A DNA stretch of 64,000 nucleotides from an uncultured Acidobacteriota bacterium (GCA_963796275.1 CAWCKY010000003.1:544001-608000); one strand, 5' to 3'; shown: positions 8,527 to 18,295, counted from the first letter of the stretch. Numbers and translations: made by a program. The notes: generated by a model from the letters alone, not told the origin.

Positions 8527-9862
8527 TTACCATCATTCGATTAACTTTGATCGTCGGCGCAGCAAGTTTGCCGCGAAAACGCAGATCATTTCCGATCATC
8601 TCAATACCGAGAAGCATCTCGCGAAAATTGCCCGCGATCGTTACCTCTTCGACCGGGAAGGCTAGTTTACCGTTCTCAATCCACCACCCGGCTGCACCGC
8701 GCGAATAATCTCCGGTCACGGGATTGAACCCGAAGCCGATCATTTCCGTCACATAAAACCCGGTTTTGACTGAGCGGATAATTTCCTCGGGTGAATAGAC
8801 CCCGGGCGCGATGAAAAAGTTGCCGTTTCCGACGACCGGTGCCCCGGTGAGGCCGCGCGCGGCGTTGCCGGTCGAATTCAGGCCCAATTTGCGCGCCGTG
8901 TAAGTATTAAGCAGGTAGCTATTTAGAACACCATCCTTGACAACCGCCGTTTGCCTCGTCGCCAGCCCTTCACCGTCGAACGGCCGCGACCCGGTTCCCC
9001 CTGGCAGCTGGCCGTCATCGATAATGTTGAGCTCCTCTGCCGCGATCTTTTCGCCGAGTTTATCTACGAGAAAAGACGCTCTTTTGAAGATAGAAGTTCC
9101 TTCAATGGCATCGAAAAAGTCGCTCAGCAGATCTTCAGTCGCGGTCGACTCAAATACAATCGGGACTTCCTGCGTTTTCACTTTCGTTGCGCCGAGTTTT
9201 CTGAGCGCACGGCGTGCGGCTTCCTTTCCAATCTCTTCCGCCTTATCGAGTGCAGCCAGAGAACGGTTGCGGTCACCCCAGTAGCCCACCTGCATCTGGT
9301 CGCCGTCTTTCGCGATCGGCGCGACTATCAGTCCACATGTTGTGCTTCGATACTCACCGGCAAATCCCGAGCTTGTCACAAGAGTCACCTTGCCGATGCT
9401 CGTTGAGCAGGCAGCTCCTTCTGAGTTGGCAATCCGCTGATCGAAATTGCGCGCGGCCGTCTCACCGACGAGTGCGAGTTCGATTTTCTTCTCGGTTGGC
9501 AGATCAGGAATTGCGGGGTCGTAGATTTCCAGATCGACTATCTCTTTCGCCAGCTCGTCCCGTGACGGAAGTTGCGCGGCCTCATCTACGGATGTGCGCT
9601 TGGCCAGCCCGACGGCGCTGGCGATCAGTTCATCGATCGCTCGTGCATTGAGGTCGGAGGTAGAGCAAGATGCCTGACGCCCTCCGTAAAGAATCCGGAG
9701 TCCCACTCCGCGAGAAGCCGCTTCCTGCAGCTTCTCTACCTGACCGAGGCGGACTTCGACGTGAAAGTCGGTCGTTTCAATCCCTATTGCTTCGGCATCT
9801 GTCGCTCCCTGCTTGATGGACCGGCCGACGATTTCGAGGAGAAAATCTGTTGAAATATTCAT
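8516..9862 (-). CDS. pmbA: TldE/PmbA metalloprotease subunit
   Basis: PFDGEG, NPVTGDYSRGA, EEVTIAGN motifs; ATGA-coupled to tldD. Confidence 0.93.
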   Translation of the reverse strand: MNISTDFLLEIVGRSIKQGATDAEAIGIETTDFHVEVRLGQVEKLQEAASRGVGLRILYGGRQASCSTSDLNARAIDELIASAVGLAKRTSVDEAAQLPSRDELAKEIVDLEIYDPAIPDLPTEKKIELALVGETAARNFDQRIANSEGAACSTSIGKVTLVTSSGFAGEYRSTTCGLIVAPIAKDGDQMQVGYWGDRNRSLAALDKAEEIGKEAARRALRKLGATKVKTQEVPIVFESTATEDLLSDFFDAIEGTSIFKRASFLVDKLGEKIAAEELNIIDDGQLPGGTGSRPFDGEGLATRQTAVVKDGVLNSYLLNTYTARKLGLNSTGNAARGLTGAPVVGNGNFFIAPGVYSPEEIIRSVKTGFYVTEMIGFGFNPVTGDYSRGAAGWWIENGKLAFPVEEVTIAGNFREMLLGIEMIGNDLRFRGKLAAPTIKVNRMMVSGE

Positions 9863-11286
9863 TTCGTCCCTCCAACCGTCATTTCGGATATCTTGATCGT
9901 CGGGAGACCGACTCCGACAGGAACGGACTGACCATCTTTGCCGCAAGTTCCGACGCCTTCGTCGAGCTCAAGATCGTTGCCGACAGCTACGACCTTGGTC
10001 AACGCATTCGGTCCATTACCGATGAGCGTCGCACCTTTAACCGGAGCCGTCACTTTGCCGTCTTCGATCAAATATGCCTCGCTGGCGGAGAAGACGAACT
10101 TGCCGTTTGTGATGTCTACCTGTCCGCCGCCGAATTGAACGGCGTAGAGGCCGCGTTTGACCGAGCCGATTATATCGGCGGGAGCGCTCTCGCCTCCGAG
10201 CATATAGGTGTTGGTCATGCGCGGCATCGGCATGTGGCGATAACTTTCGCGGCGGCCGTTTCCGGTCAGACGCGCGCCGGTGAGGCGGGCGCTCAATTTA
10301 TCCTGCAGGTAACCGCGCAGAATACCTTTCTCAATCAATACCGTCTGAGAGGTCGGGTTGCCTTCGTCATCGATGTTTAGCGAGCCGCGGCGGTCCGGTA
10401 TCGTGCCTTCATCGATAACGGTACAAAGCTCGCTGGCGACCTTTTGTCCGAGGAGGCCTGCGAAGGCCGATGTGCCCTTACGGTTGAAATCTGCTTCGAG
10501 GCCGTGACCGACGGCTTCGTGGAGCAGGATGCCGGGCCATCCCGGACCGAGGACTACCTCCATGATTCCGGCGGGCGCGTCTGTCGCTTCGAACTGAACG
10601 ATGGCTTGCCGTGCCGCTTCGTTGGCATAATGCTCGACCAGCTTCTCGTTGAAGAAGTCGAACCCGATTCGCCCGCCGCCGCCGGAGACTCCCGATTGCA
10701 GATTGCCGTCATCATCTGCAATGCACATCACGCGTAAACGAGCCAGAGGTTGCACGTCACCGATCAGTAAGCCTTCGGAGGTGGCGATCAGGACGACCTT
10801 GTATTCATCGGCGAGGCTGCTCTGCACTTCGCGGACGCGGCGATCATATGCTCGCGATGTGCGGTCGATGCGAGAAAGCAATTCGATCTTGCGTTCGATC
10901 GGCTCATCGGATAGAGGTTGCGCGACAGGATAGAGATCATGCTCGGGCCTGCCCGCTGAAACATTGACCGGGCCGGATTCGATATGACTCTTAGCGATAT
11001 GGGCGGCAGTCAAGGCGGCTTTAGTGATGGCGTCGACCGCGATCTCATCACAAAAGGCATAGCCGGTACGCTCGCCCGAAATCACGCGTACTCCGACTCC
11101 CTGGCGGACGGAGCGATTGGCCGATTTGATGATCTGTTCTTCGAGATTGAGGCTGTTGACGACCGTATACTCGAGGTAAACATCCGCGTAATCTCCGCCT
11201 TTTGACATGCTGACACTCAACAGATTCTCGAGGTCGGAAATTGCGATGCTGAACTTTTCAGCGAAAAACTTTTGAGGTTCGATCAT
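9859..11286 (-). CDS. tldD: TldD metalloprotease
   Basis: LLHEAVGHGLEADF, GNGRRESY, PRMTNT, GTCGKDGQSVPVG. Confidence 0.97.
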   Translation of the reverse strand: MIEPQKFFAEKFSIAISDLENLLSVSMSKGGDYADVYLEYTVVNSLNLEEQIIKSANRSVRQGVGVRVISGERTGYAFCDEIAVDAITKAALTAAHIAKSHIESGPVNVSAGRPEHDLYPVAQPLSDEPIERKIELLSRIDRTSRAYDRRVREVQSSLADEYKVVLIATSEGLLIGDVQPLARLRVMCIADDDGNLQSGVSGGGGRIGFDFFNEKLVEHYANEAARQAIVQFEATDAPAGIMEVVLGPGWPGILLHEAVGHGLEADFNRKGTSAFAGLLGQKVASELCTVIDEGTIPDRRGSLNIDDEGNPTSQTVLIEKGILRGYLQDKLSARLTGARLTGNGRRESYRHMPMPRMTNTYMLGGESAPADIIGSVKRGLYAVQFGGGQVDITNGKFVFSASEAYLIEDGKVTAPVKGATLIGNGPNALTKVVAVGNDLELDEGVGTCGKDGQSVPVGVGLPTIKISEMTVGGTK

Positions 11287-12035
11287 AATTCACGTTCTCC
11301 CAGATAAACGGCCACAACGCCGCTCAGCAAGTTATGATAGCAGACCTTGGAGTAGCCTGCTTCTCGCATCATCGCGCATAGGCTTTTTTGATCGGGGAAA
11401 TTGCTGACCGATTTCGGCAGATATGTGTAAGCGCTTCTCGATCCGGAAATTATTCCGCCAATGCGTGGCAGTATCCTTTGAAAGTAGAATTCGAATAATT
11501 GGCGAAATATGGGAATGACCGGCCTGGAAAATTCCAGAATCGCGGCACGCCCGCCTGGCTTGAGCACGCGAAATATCTCGGAGAGGCCGCGTTGAACGTT
11601 CTCGACATTTCGCAGGCCGAAGCCGACCGTCACGGCATCGAAGCTCAAATCGGCGAACGGCAGGGTCAGGGCGTCTCCTTCAATCAGAAACGCATTGCTC
11701 GCACGTCTGGCGGCGACCTTTTGATTTCCGATGACCAGCATCGGATGGCAGAAATCGCAACCTATAACGCGCGCGTGCCGCTCGATGTCTAGGGTCAGGT
11801 CCCCGGTTCCGCAACACAAATCCAAAGCGAGCGCTCCGGGACGCGCGAGCACATCTTTCAGCTTATCGACCGTAAAGTTACGAAAGCGCGAATCGGTGTA
11901 GACAGATATAACGCGATTGACTCTGTCGTAAGTGGTCGCGATCTCAGCGAACATCTCACGCACGGCCTGCCCTTTTCCCGGGGCATTCAATTCCGGGTCG
12001 GGCATCCCGGCATTGTGATATTGTCGATACTGCAT
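11283..12035 (-). CDS. ubiE: ubiquinone/menaquinone C-methyltransferase UbiE/MenG
   Basis: MF..IA..YD..N, LDLCCGTGD, FGLRNV, YTYLP.S...FP. Confidence 0.92.
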   Translation of the reverse strand: MQYRQYHNAGMPDPELNAPGKGQAVREMFAEIATTYDRVNRVISVYTDSRFRNFTVDKLKDVLARPGALALDLCCGTGDLTLDIERHARVIGCDFCHPMLVIGNQKVAARRASNAFLIEGDALTLPFADLSFDAVTVGFGLRNVENVQRGLSEIFRVLKPGGRAAILEFSRPVIPIFRQLFEFYFQRILPRIGGIISGSRSAYTYLPKSVSNFPDQKSLCAMMREAGYSKVCYHNLLSGVVAVYLGEREL

Positions 12036-12101
12036 TAGTTGAAAAAGATAATTTACCGTTGATACGCATTAAGCGATTGGTGAACTTTGCGATCCGTCAC
12101 G

Positions 12102-13457
12102 TTACGGATTGGTTTTGAAACCCTCGTTGATTTTCCCAAACACAACAACTGTTAACGCATTCGATTCGAACAATTTTTTGGAGACACGCTCGATGTCGGT
12201 AAGGGAGATCGATTCGATCTTCTTAACAACCTCGAGCGGATAATTGCGCGGCAGCGAATAGACCTCGATCTCGCGCAAATAAGCTTCCGGAGGCAGCGCG
12301 GCATATTCGTTCGTCAGCGCCGTTTTTGCGGCGGCGAGCTCTTCCGGCGAAACGGGGGATGTCGTGAAGGTCCCAAAGATATCAGTAGCGCGTCGGGAGA
12401 ACGCAGTGGCCTGTTCCGCCGGCACGGAGGCTGAGAGGAAAAATGGGCCGGGTAAGACGCGCGGCACTGATTGGACCGTGAACTCTCCCGCGTCTTTCGG
12501 GAGTCTAGCGGACAGAATTTTCGCCAGGACCTGAGTCGTCAGATAGTCGCTATCGTTGTGTTTGACGCCGAGCACGCCACATCGTATTTCGACCTTGGAG
12601 GCATCGGGCGCTTCGATCTTCACGAGTTTCAATTGGGCGATCTGCTTGGGCGGGCGAAACGTTGATGGTACAACCTGACCTTTCGTCCATCCGCCGAAGT
12701 AGACCTTGAAGGGTCTTATCGCGCGCTCGTTTGTGATACTCCCGGTGACTACCGCAATTGCGTTATTCGAAATGTAGAAGCGCCGCACGAAATCATATAC
12801 ATCTCCACGCTTTATAGTGGGGACGCTTTCAACGCTCCCATCGATGTTATGGCCATAAGGGAAATCGCCGAAGAGTGCCTTCATGAAAGAATCGTCAGCC
12901 TTCTCAGCGTTTGATAAGGTTGTCGATTTTAGCCTATTGATATGGTCTTCCAATGCGCTGTTGAATGATTCGGCGCGAATGGTCTCAACGACGAGCAATC
13001 GTCCGACGATCTCGAGGACTGTGTCCATACTAGACAGCGGAGTTTCGATGTGAAACCACGTCGAATCCCAGTCCACGCCCCAATCGATCTTTGCCTGCAG
13101 CGATTCCAATTCTGCTTTCAAATTGGGATTGACGGCGAGCAGAGTCTCCTGGCTCAATTTGGCGAGCCCGGCCTTACCTGCCAGATCGAACTTTGCGCCG
13201 CCCTTGAGCACCAGATCGATTTTGATTGACGCATCGCCGGATCGTCCCAGCGTGATGATCTGCATGCCGTTGAGCAGAGACTCGCGCGTCACCTCGCGAT
13301 ACGGGTTGGCCGGCGTGAGTATAGGCCGTGAATCTTGATCATCGTCTTTTTTCTTATCCTGAGCCTCGACTCGCACTGCCCAAAATCCGTTGAGTAATAA
13401 CAACAGAGGGATAAAGAGAAACGTGAGGATGAAATAATGCTTAATTCGGAGGCTCAT
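12102..13457 (-). CDS. M16-family peptidase-like protein, probably non-catalytic subunit
   Basis: Signal/TM, M16 architecture (GLA.L, PYGH..G); no HxxEH motif. Confidence 0.75.
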   Translation of the reverse strand: MSLRIKHYFILTFLFIPLLLLLNGFWAVRVEAQDKKKDDDQDSRPILTPANPYREVTRESLLNGMQIITLGRSGDASIKIDLVLKGGAKFDLAGKAGLAKLSQETLLAVNPNLKAELESLQAKIDWGVDWDSTWFHIETPLSSMDTVLEIVGRLLVVETIRAESFNSALEDHINRLKSTTLSNAEKADDSFMKALFGDFPYGHNIDGSVESVPTIKRGDVYDFVRRFYISNNAIAVVTGSITNERAIRPFKVYFGGWTKGQVVPSTFRPPKQIAQLKLVKIEAPDASKVEIRCGVLGVKHNDSDYLTTQVLAKILSARLPKDAGEFTVQSVPRVLPGPFFLSASVPAEQATAFSRRATDIFGTFTTSPVSPEELAAAKTALTNEYAALPPEAYLREIEVYSLPRNYPLEVVKKIESISLTDIERVSKKLFESNALTVVVFGKINEGFKTNP

Positions 13458-13662
13458 CTTGCCTCGCAGTCGCTCTTTATGTTTTTTTTCCACGGCGCCC
13501 TGGTTTCGTATCAATCCATGCATGTGAACTCCGCTGTACTCAAAATTTGTTAGAGATTGAAGTTAGTTGAAAAGTTTAGCCGTCAGTCGGCCTAGCGTCA
13601 ATCAACCGAGTCGACAGATTTTGAACGTACATGATCCATTATATTGCACTCCCTGGTTATTG

Positions 13663-14493
13663 TTATTTCTCGCGCGCCTGCCTGGGATCGAGCCATTCGC
13701 GCAGCCCGTCGCCGACGAAGTTGAAAGCTAGCACGGTGAGCATTACCGCGAGGCCCGGGAAGACCAGCAGATGAGGCGCGAACCGCAGGTAGCTGCGGGC
13801 ATCGTTTAACATGACGCCCCAGCTGGGGGTCGGCGGTTGAACCCCGAGGCCCAAAAAACTAAGGCTCGCTTCCGCGAGCACGGCGCCTGCCATACCTAAG
13901 CTCGCTTGAACGATCAGCGGCTGTATCGCATTAGGCAGGATATGGCGGAAAAGTATCCGGGCATCTCCGGCGCCCAATGCGCGCGCGGCGGTCACGAAGT
14001 CGTATTCCCGAACCTTCAAAACCTGCCCGCGCATCAGTCGGGCGTATCCGACCCACCCGATCACCGAGAGCGCCAGTATCAGATTGTTGATGCTGGGGCC
14101 GAGAAACGCGACCATTGCAATAGCGAGTAAAATGCTGGGAAATGCGAGAAATACATTGAATAGGAACCCGGAGAAAATGCGATCGACCCATCCGCCGTAA
14201 TAACCTGAAAAAGCGCCGATGATCATTCCGATCGATGCCGAAATAAGCACAACCAGCACGCCAACCTGCATCGATACACGAGCGCCGTAGATGATGCGCG
14301 ATAGCACATCTCGTCCGAGATCATCGAGACCGAGGATGTGTCTGCGCGTCGGGGTTAAACGCTCTCCCGGCGCGGCATCGCTCGCGGATGGTTCCTGTAC
14401 CGTCGGATCATAGGGTGCAATCACGGGGGCGAAGATCGCCACAAAAAAGAAGACGGTGATGATTGCCAGACCGATTTTGCCTAAGCGGTTCAT
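13663..14493 (-). CDS. dppC: peptide/nickel ABC transporter permease DppC/OppC
   Basis: LG.D.LGRD..SR..YGAR, EAA-type loop (AARALGA), HILPN; start taken as MNRLGK below the repeat array. Confidence 0.88.
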   Translation of the reverse strand: MNRLGKIGLAIITVFFFVAIFAPVIAPYDPTVQEPSASDAAPGERLTPTRRHILGLDDLGRDVLSRIIYGARVSMQVGVLVVLISASIGMIIGAFSGYYGGWVDRIFSGFLFNVFLAFPSILLAIAMVAFLGPSINNLILALSVIGWVGYARLMRGQVLKVREYDFVTAARALGAGDARILFRHILPNAIQPLIVQASLGMAGAVLAEASLSFLGLGVQPPTPSWGVMLNDARSYLRFAPHLLVFPGLAVMLTVLAFNFVGDGLREWLDPRQAREK

Positions 14494-14500
14494 ATTTTTC

Positions 14501-14645
14501 GGTAATCGGTAGCCGGGTGTCGGTAGTCGGTAGTCGGTAGTCGGTTGCGTAAGAATTTGTCGAACTACCTCTTCTAAACCGCCAACCGCCAACCGCCAAC
14601 CGCACAACCGCACAACCGCACAACCGCCAACCGAAACCGACAACA
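14501..14645. repeat. inverted 7/8-mer tandem arrays (GTCGGTA)n ... (AACCGCC/AACCGCAC)n
   Basis: gtcggtagtcggtagtcggtagtcggttg facing caaccgccaaccgccaaccgcacaaccgcacaaccgcac between dppB and dppC. Confidence 0.9.
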
Positions 14646-15578
14646 CTATTCAACCTTTATTCGCGGATCGAGCAATCGATATGCGAAATCAGTGAGCAGG
14701 TTGGCTATGATGTATGTCAGGGCGATCATCAGGATGCAGCCCTGCACCATCGGGTAATCGCGTGAATTGATCGCGTCGATGGTTAAGCGACCGAGTCCGG
14801 GCCAACTGAAGATCACTTCGGTGATAATCGCTCCCGCCAGTAAAACGCCGAATTGCAACCCGATCACTGTGACAACAGGAATCAATCCATTTTTCAGCAC
14901 GTGTTTATATATCACCTGCAGTTCACTCAATCCTTTAGCGCGCGCGGTACGCACATAATCTTCATTCAACTCCTCGATCACGCTCGAGCGAACCATCCGT
15001 GTGAGAATCGCCGCCAGCGCGGCGCCGAGCGTTATCGCAGGTAAAATCAAATACTCCACCCTATATCGCCCCGAGACGGGGAGCAGATCGAGCTTGATTG
15101 CGAAGAGATATATCATCAACGGGCCGAGCACGAATCCCGGCGTGCTGATGCCGAGCAGGGCAACAACCGAAGCGATGTTGTCCATCGCTTTTCCTTGATT
15201 GGTTCCGGCGGTGACCCCCAGCGGAATCGCGATCAGAATGGCAACGGTGAGCCCGGCCAGCGCGAGTTCGATCGTCGCCGGATACCGCTTGAGTATACTC
15301 TCCAACACTCGGTCGGACGGATTGACCAGACTCTCGCCCAAATCTCCGCTCAAAACACCACGCCAGTAATTGAAATATTGTTGCGAAAGCGGCAGGTCAA
15401 GACCCAGCCTGCGTTTGAGTTCAATTACTTGAGCCTCCGTCGCATTGTCACCAAGCGCGTTGCGCACCGGGTCGCCAGGAACGATATGAATCAGTAGAAA
15501 TACAAGTGTCACGACTGCCCAAACCACCGGGAGCACAAGCAACAAACGCTTTGCCAGCACAAATATGATGGTTCGCAT
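14646..15578 (-). CDS. dppB: peptide/nickel ABC transporter permease DppB/OppB
   Basis: PGDPV, DYVRTARAKGL, E.IFSWPGLG, RDYP, DPRI. Confidence 0.92.
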   Translation of the reverse strand: MRTIIFVLAKRLLLVLPVVWAVVTLVFLLIHIVPGDPVRNALGDNATEAQVIELKRRLGLDLPLSQQYFNYWRGVLSGDLGESLVNPSDRVLESILKRYPATIELALAGLTVAILIAIPLGVTAGTNQGKAMDNIASVVALLGISTPGFVLGPLMIYLFAIKLDLLPVSGRYRVEYLILPAITLGAALAAILTRMVRSSVIEELNEDYVRTARAKGLSELQVIYKHVLKNGLIPVVTVIGLQFGVLLAGAIITEVIFSWPGLGRLTIDAINSRDYPMVQGCILMIALTYIIANLLTDFAYRLLDPRIKVE

Positions 15579-15978
15579 GCGCGGGATATTACCTTATGCC
15601 GCCCTGATTAGCCACCGGTTAACCTTCTATTAACCTTATAGTTTAAGAAGTGTCCGTTTTAAGTCACTTGTGATCCTGAAATGTATAATATTGATATACA
15701 CGCACATCCATAAATTCCATTTCAGATTTACCCTGGTCATTTATTTTCTTATATGTATGATGATTAGTATTTGCTTTTCAACAGGCTCTCAAGTATTTCT
15801 CTGAAGTGGAAACTAGGACTAGCAACTTTTGGCATCAAGATTGCCTCTAATAGCAGAATTAAACAGTGTCACAAAATTGGAAGTATGGAAGGGAGGACTA
15901 AAAGCACGATGGTCAAAAAAACAGGGGAAGTAACACTGGCGACCTCGACCAAAGAGCTCGTCGCAGTCAATCAGTCGG

Positions 15979-16242
15979 TTGAAGTGGATCATACAACTAG
16001 AAAATGAGACTGTTCCACTGACCCGGCCACAGATGCAACAGCAGGTCAATAATATTATCCACGAGTGGTTGACCGATATGTGGCTTCTCACCACGGGTGA
16101 GGAGATCGAGATTGATTTCAATGGTAGTAAAAAACACAATGGACGTCCGCTAGCTGTCGTTTGCGATGGCCAGCTGAAACTGATGGAATCAAAGATTACT
16201 ACACTAGACGCATTGCGATCGGTCGGCATAGAGATGTCATAG
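15979..16242 (+). CDS. hypothetical protein, start uncertain
   Basis: 87 aa TTG ORF after an AT-rich region, followed by a + strand terminator. Confidence 0.45.
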   Translation: MKWIIQLENETVPLTRPQMQQQVNNIIHEWLTDMWLLTTGEEIEIDFNGSKKHNGRPLAVVCDGQLKLMESKITTLDALRSVGIEMS

Positions 16243-16278
16243 ATACCTCTCCTTTAGCTGAGTTCTTCTGAAGACGTG

Positions 16279-16314
16279 GGGCTGGGTGCATTATCAAGCA
16301 CTCAGCCCTTTTTT
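16279..16314 (+). terminator. intrinsic terminator
   Basis: gggctgggtgc-attatcaa-gcactcagccc-tttttt. Confidence 0.75.
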
Positions 16315-16404
16315 ACACACCGTTCGATAAAAATTACGTTATCGATTTGCCAATTAAAATTACAGCATCGATGGATGGAAAATATAAGCCTATCTGTTCT
16401 GTAT

Positions 16405-16890
16405 TTATCTCTTCTGCCTTTCCGATTCGAATTGCTGGGTCGGTTCTTCAATAATGCTGTTATACGCGGTTGACGGCTCGTGGAGCACGCGATTAGTGCC
16501 TCTCGGTATTTCAGCGGGAGAATAATCGGTAGGCCTGGATGGCTTTTTCTCCTCGACCTTGCCGGCAATTTTGATCAATCCGAGCAGGTGGCGGCAAATA
16601 AGAATAAGAGCGCCGAATCCGCTCATCCCGAAAAGTATCGGGATCGGCGTTTTCCCCTCGTCGATCACCATAATTATTACAGTTCCTATCGTAATGAAGA
16701 GAAAGCCGAAGATACTGAGCCAGGCGACGATCTTTATTACCGACGATGGTTCAAATTGAGGGACATTCGCGCCTGTCGTCATCTCGCTCACGATTTCACG
16801 TGCGCGATCGATCGCGATCAGATTTGTCCCGCATCGTGTGCAGTACTTCTGACCTTTCGAATTTTCAGCCCCGCAATCCGGACAGAACAT
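16405..16890 (-). CDS. zinc-ribbon domain membrane protein
   Basis: MFCPDCG...YCTRCG followed by two TM helices. Confidence 0.82.
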   Translation of the reverse strand: MFCPDCGAENSKGQKYCTRCGTNLIAIDRAREIVSEMTTGANVPQFEPSSVIKIVAWLSIFGFLFITIGTVIIMVIDEGKTPIPILFGMSGFGALILICRHLLGLIKIAGKVEEKKPSRPTDYSPAEIPRGTNRVLHEPSTAYNSIIEEPTQQFESERQKR

Positions 16891-16991
16891 GCCGCATCTC
16901 CTCCTCGCCCAACATATTTTTCAAACTATACTCGGTAAGAAAAACATTTTCCATTTTTCATCTTATATTTTTCATGTTTATCTTCCCGGGC

Positions 16992-17021
16992 TTGACGGAC
17001 TTACCCGATGCGTTGTAAGGT
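16992..17021 (+). promoter_or_regulatory. putative sigma70 promoter for the riboswitch leader
   Basis: TTGACG-18 nt-TAAGGT, 20 nt upstream of the first aptamer. Confidence 0.5.
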
Positions 17022-17040
17022 TCAGCTTCTAAAATTTAAT

Positions 17041-17091
17041 CGTGGTGATTTATGGCGGCTTGCTCCACGTAAATAATGCGCTAAAAAGCCC
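17041..17091 (+). ncRNA. SAM-II-like riboswitch aptamer 1
   Basis: CGUGG-UGAUUU-auGGC-GGCUUGC-u-CCACG-uaaauaaugc-GCUAAAAA-GCC: P1 CGUGG/CCACG, conserved GAUUU, UUGC and GCUAAA, pseudoknot pair GGC/GCC. Confidence 0.78.
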
Positions 17092-17115
17092 GATGGCTCC
17101 TGCAGATAGGAATTG

Positions 17116-17153
17116 AAGCCTCGCGCTTTTGGGCGCGGGGCTTTTGAATTTTT
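17116..17153 (+). terminator. intrinsic terminator after aptamer 1
   Basis: aagcctcgcgc-ttttgg-gcgcggggctt followed by ttgaattttt. Confidence 0.75.
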
Positions 17154-17172
17154 GCCGAAAATATTTTTACAG

Positions 17173-17224
17173 AAGATTTTTTGTAAAGATTTTTTGTAAA
17201 GATTTTTTGTAAAGATATTTTCTA
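17173..17224. repeat. 13-bp tandem repeat (AAGATTTTTTGTA)x3 plus one degenerate copy
   Basis: Perfect units at 17173, 17186, 17199; degenerate at 17212. Confidence 0.92.
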
Positions 17225-17276
17225 GAAGCTATCTGGTTAAGCAGTCATCTGGTAATAAGCTGTTTTGAAAATATGA

Positions 17277-17325
17277 GGTGGCGATTTAGGCGACTTGCTC
17301 CACTGGAAAAACTGCTAAAGAGCTA
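17277..17325 (+). ncRNA. SAM-II-like riboswitch aptamer 2
   Basis: GGUGG-CGAUUU-aGGC-GACUUGC-u-CCACU-ggaaaaacu-GCUAAAGA-GCU: same core as aptamer 1 with compatible pair changes. Confidence 0.75.
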
Positions 17326-17332
17326 GGTGTTT

Positions 17333-17371
17333 TAGGCCCTACGCTGACTTTAGCGTAGGGCCTATTTTATT
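17333..17371 (+). terminator. intrinsic terminator after aptamer 2
   Basis: Perfect 13-bp stem taggccctacgct/agcgtagggccta then ttttatt. Confidence 0.85.
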
Positions 17372-17419
17372 GATCGCGGTCATCAATCAACAAAATGGAA
17401 ATACGGGGCGGAAATATCA

Positions 17420-18190
17420 ATGCTTAGTTTCAATGATCAGATCGTGCTGATTACAGGGGCTTCGCGCGGGATCGGCCGTGCGGCGGCCCTCAAATTCGCG
17501 GAGGCGGGCGCGGCGGGGGTTGTCATCAACTACCATCGTGATAGCGAAGCGGCATCGCGGGTAGCCGAAGAGGTGGAGCGTGCGGGAGCGCAAGCTCTGG
17601 TTTGGCGGGCGGACGTCTCACGCGCGGATGAAACAGCAGCAATGGTGGAGCAAGCCATGACGCGCTTCGGCAGGCTCGATGTGATGGTAGCAAATGCGGG
17701 CATCTGGCCTCCGCAAGACCGCGCGATCATCGATCTCGATGAAGCTCAGTGGGAACAAACGATTCGCATCAATGTCGATGGGATTTATCACGTATGCCGG
17801 GCAGCTGCGCGCGTCTTCGTTACGCAGCGCCGCGGAAACATCGTCACCATTAGTTCGACCGCGGGACAGCGAGGCGAGGCGGGGCACGCGGATTATGCCG
17901 CTTCGAAGGGAGCGGTTATCAGCTTCACCAAATCGCTGGCATCCGAACTCGGTCGCTTCAACGTGCGCGCTAACTGCGTCGCGCCGGGTTGGGTCGACAC
18001 CGATATGGCTGCTCCCGCCCTGCGCGATGATGAGGCGCAATTGCATAAAATCAGAAATACGATTCCGATCGGCCGCATTGCCACGGCCGAGGATGTCGCA
18101 GGCCCCATACTTTTTCTGGCTTCCGATCTCGCGCGTCACATTACCGGTGAAATTCTCAATGTGAATGGCGGATCGGTGTTGTGCGGATGA
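17420..18190 (+). CDS. SDR-family (FabG-like) NAD(P)-dependent oxidoreductase
   Basis: TGASRGIG, ANAG, YAASK, NCVAPG. Confidence 0.92.
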   Translation: MLSFNDQIVLITGASRGIGRAAALKFAEAGAAGVVINYHRDSEAASRVAEEVERAGAQALVWRADVSRADETAAMVEQAMTRFGRLDVMVANAGIWPPQDRAIIDLDEAQWEQTIRINVDGIYHVCRAAARVFVTQRRGNIVTISSTAGQRGEAGHADYAASKGAVISFTKSLASELGRFNVRANCVAPGWVDTDMAAPALRDDEAQLHKIRNTIPIGRIATAEDVAGPILFLASDLARHITGEILNVNGGSVLCG

Positions 18191-18195
18191 AAATC

Positions 18196-18278
18196 CAGTT
18201 TTTAGTTTTAAGTTTTCAGTTGGTTAGTCCCAAATAAATACTTAAAGCTGAAAACTTAAAACTGAAAACTGAAAACTG
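18196..18278. repeat. inverted heptamer arrays (CAGTTTT)n ... (AAAACTG)n
   Basis: cagtttttagttttaagttttcagtt ... ctgaaaacttaaaactgaaaactgaaaactg. Confidence 0.85.
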
Positions 18279-18295
18279 TTTTCCGAGGAGGAGCG

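Noticed and set aside
8516-11286. TldD/E as part of a RiPP cluster
   Set aside because: No precursor peptide or YcaO/radical-SAM gene nearby; context (ubiE, dppBC) is housekeeping
14494-14646. N-terminal extension of DppC in the ORF track
   Set aside because: It is a translation of the heptamer arrays; MNRLGK at 14493 gives a normal-length permease
17088-17103. gcccgatggctcctgc resembles the 3' end of a fluoride riboswitch
   Set aside because: The matching 5' GAUGG-type element and pairing are absent, the upstream sequence fits SAM-II better, and no crcB-type gene follows
17173-17224. Possible CRISPR array
   Set aside because: 13-bp units are contiguous with no spacers, and there are no cas genes in the window
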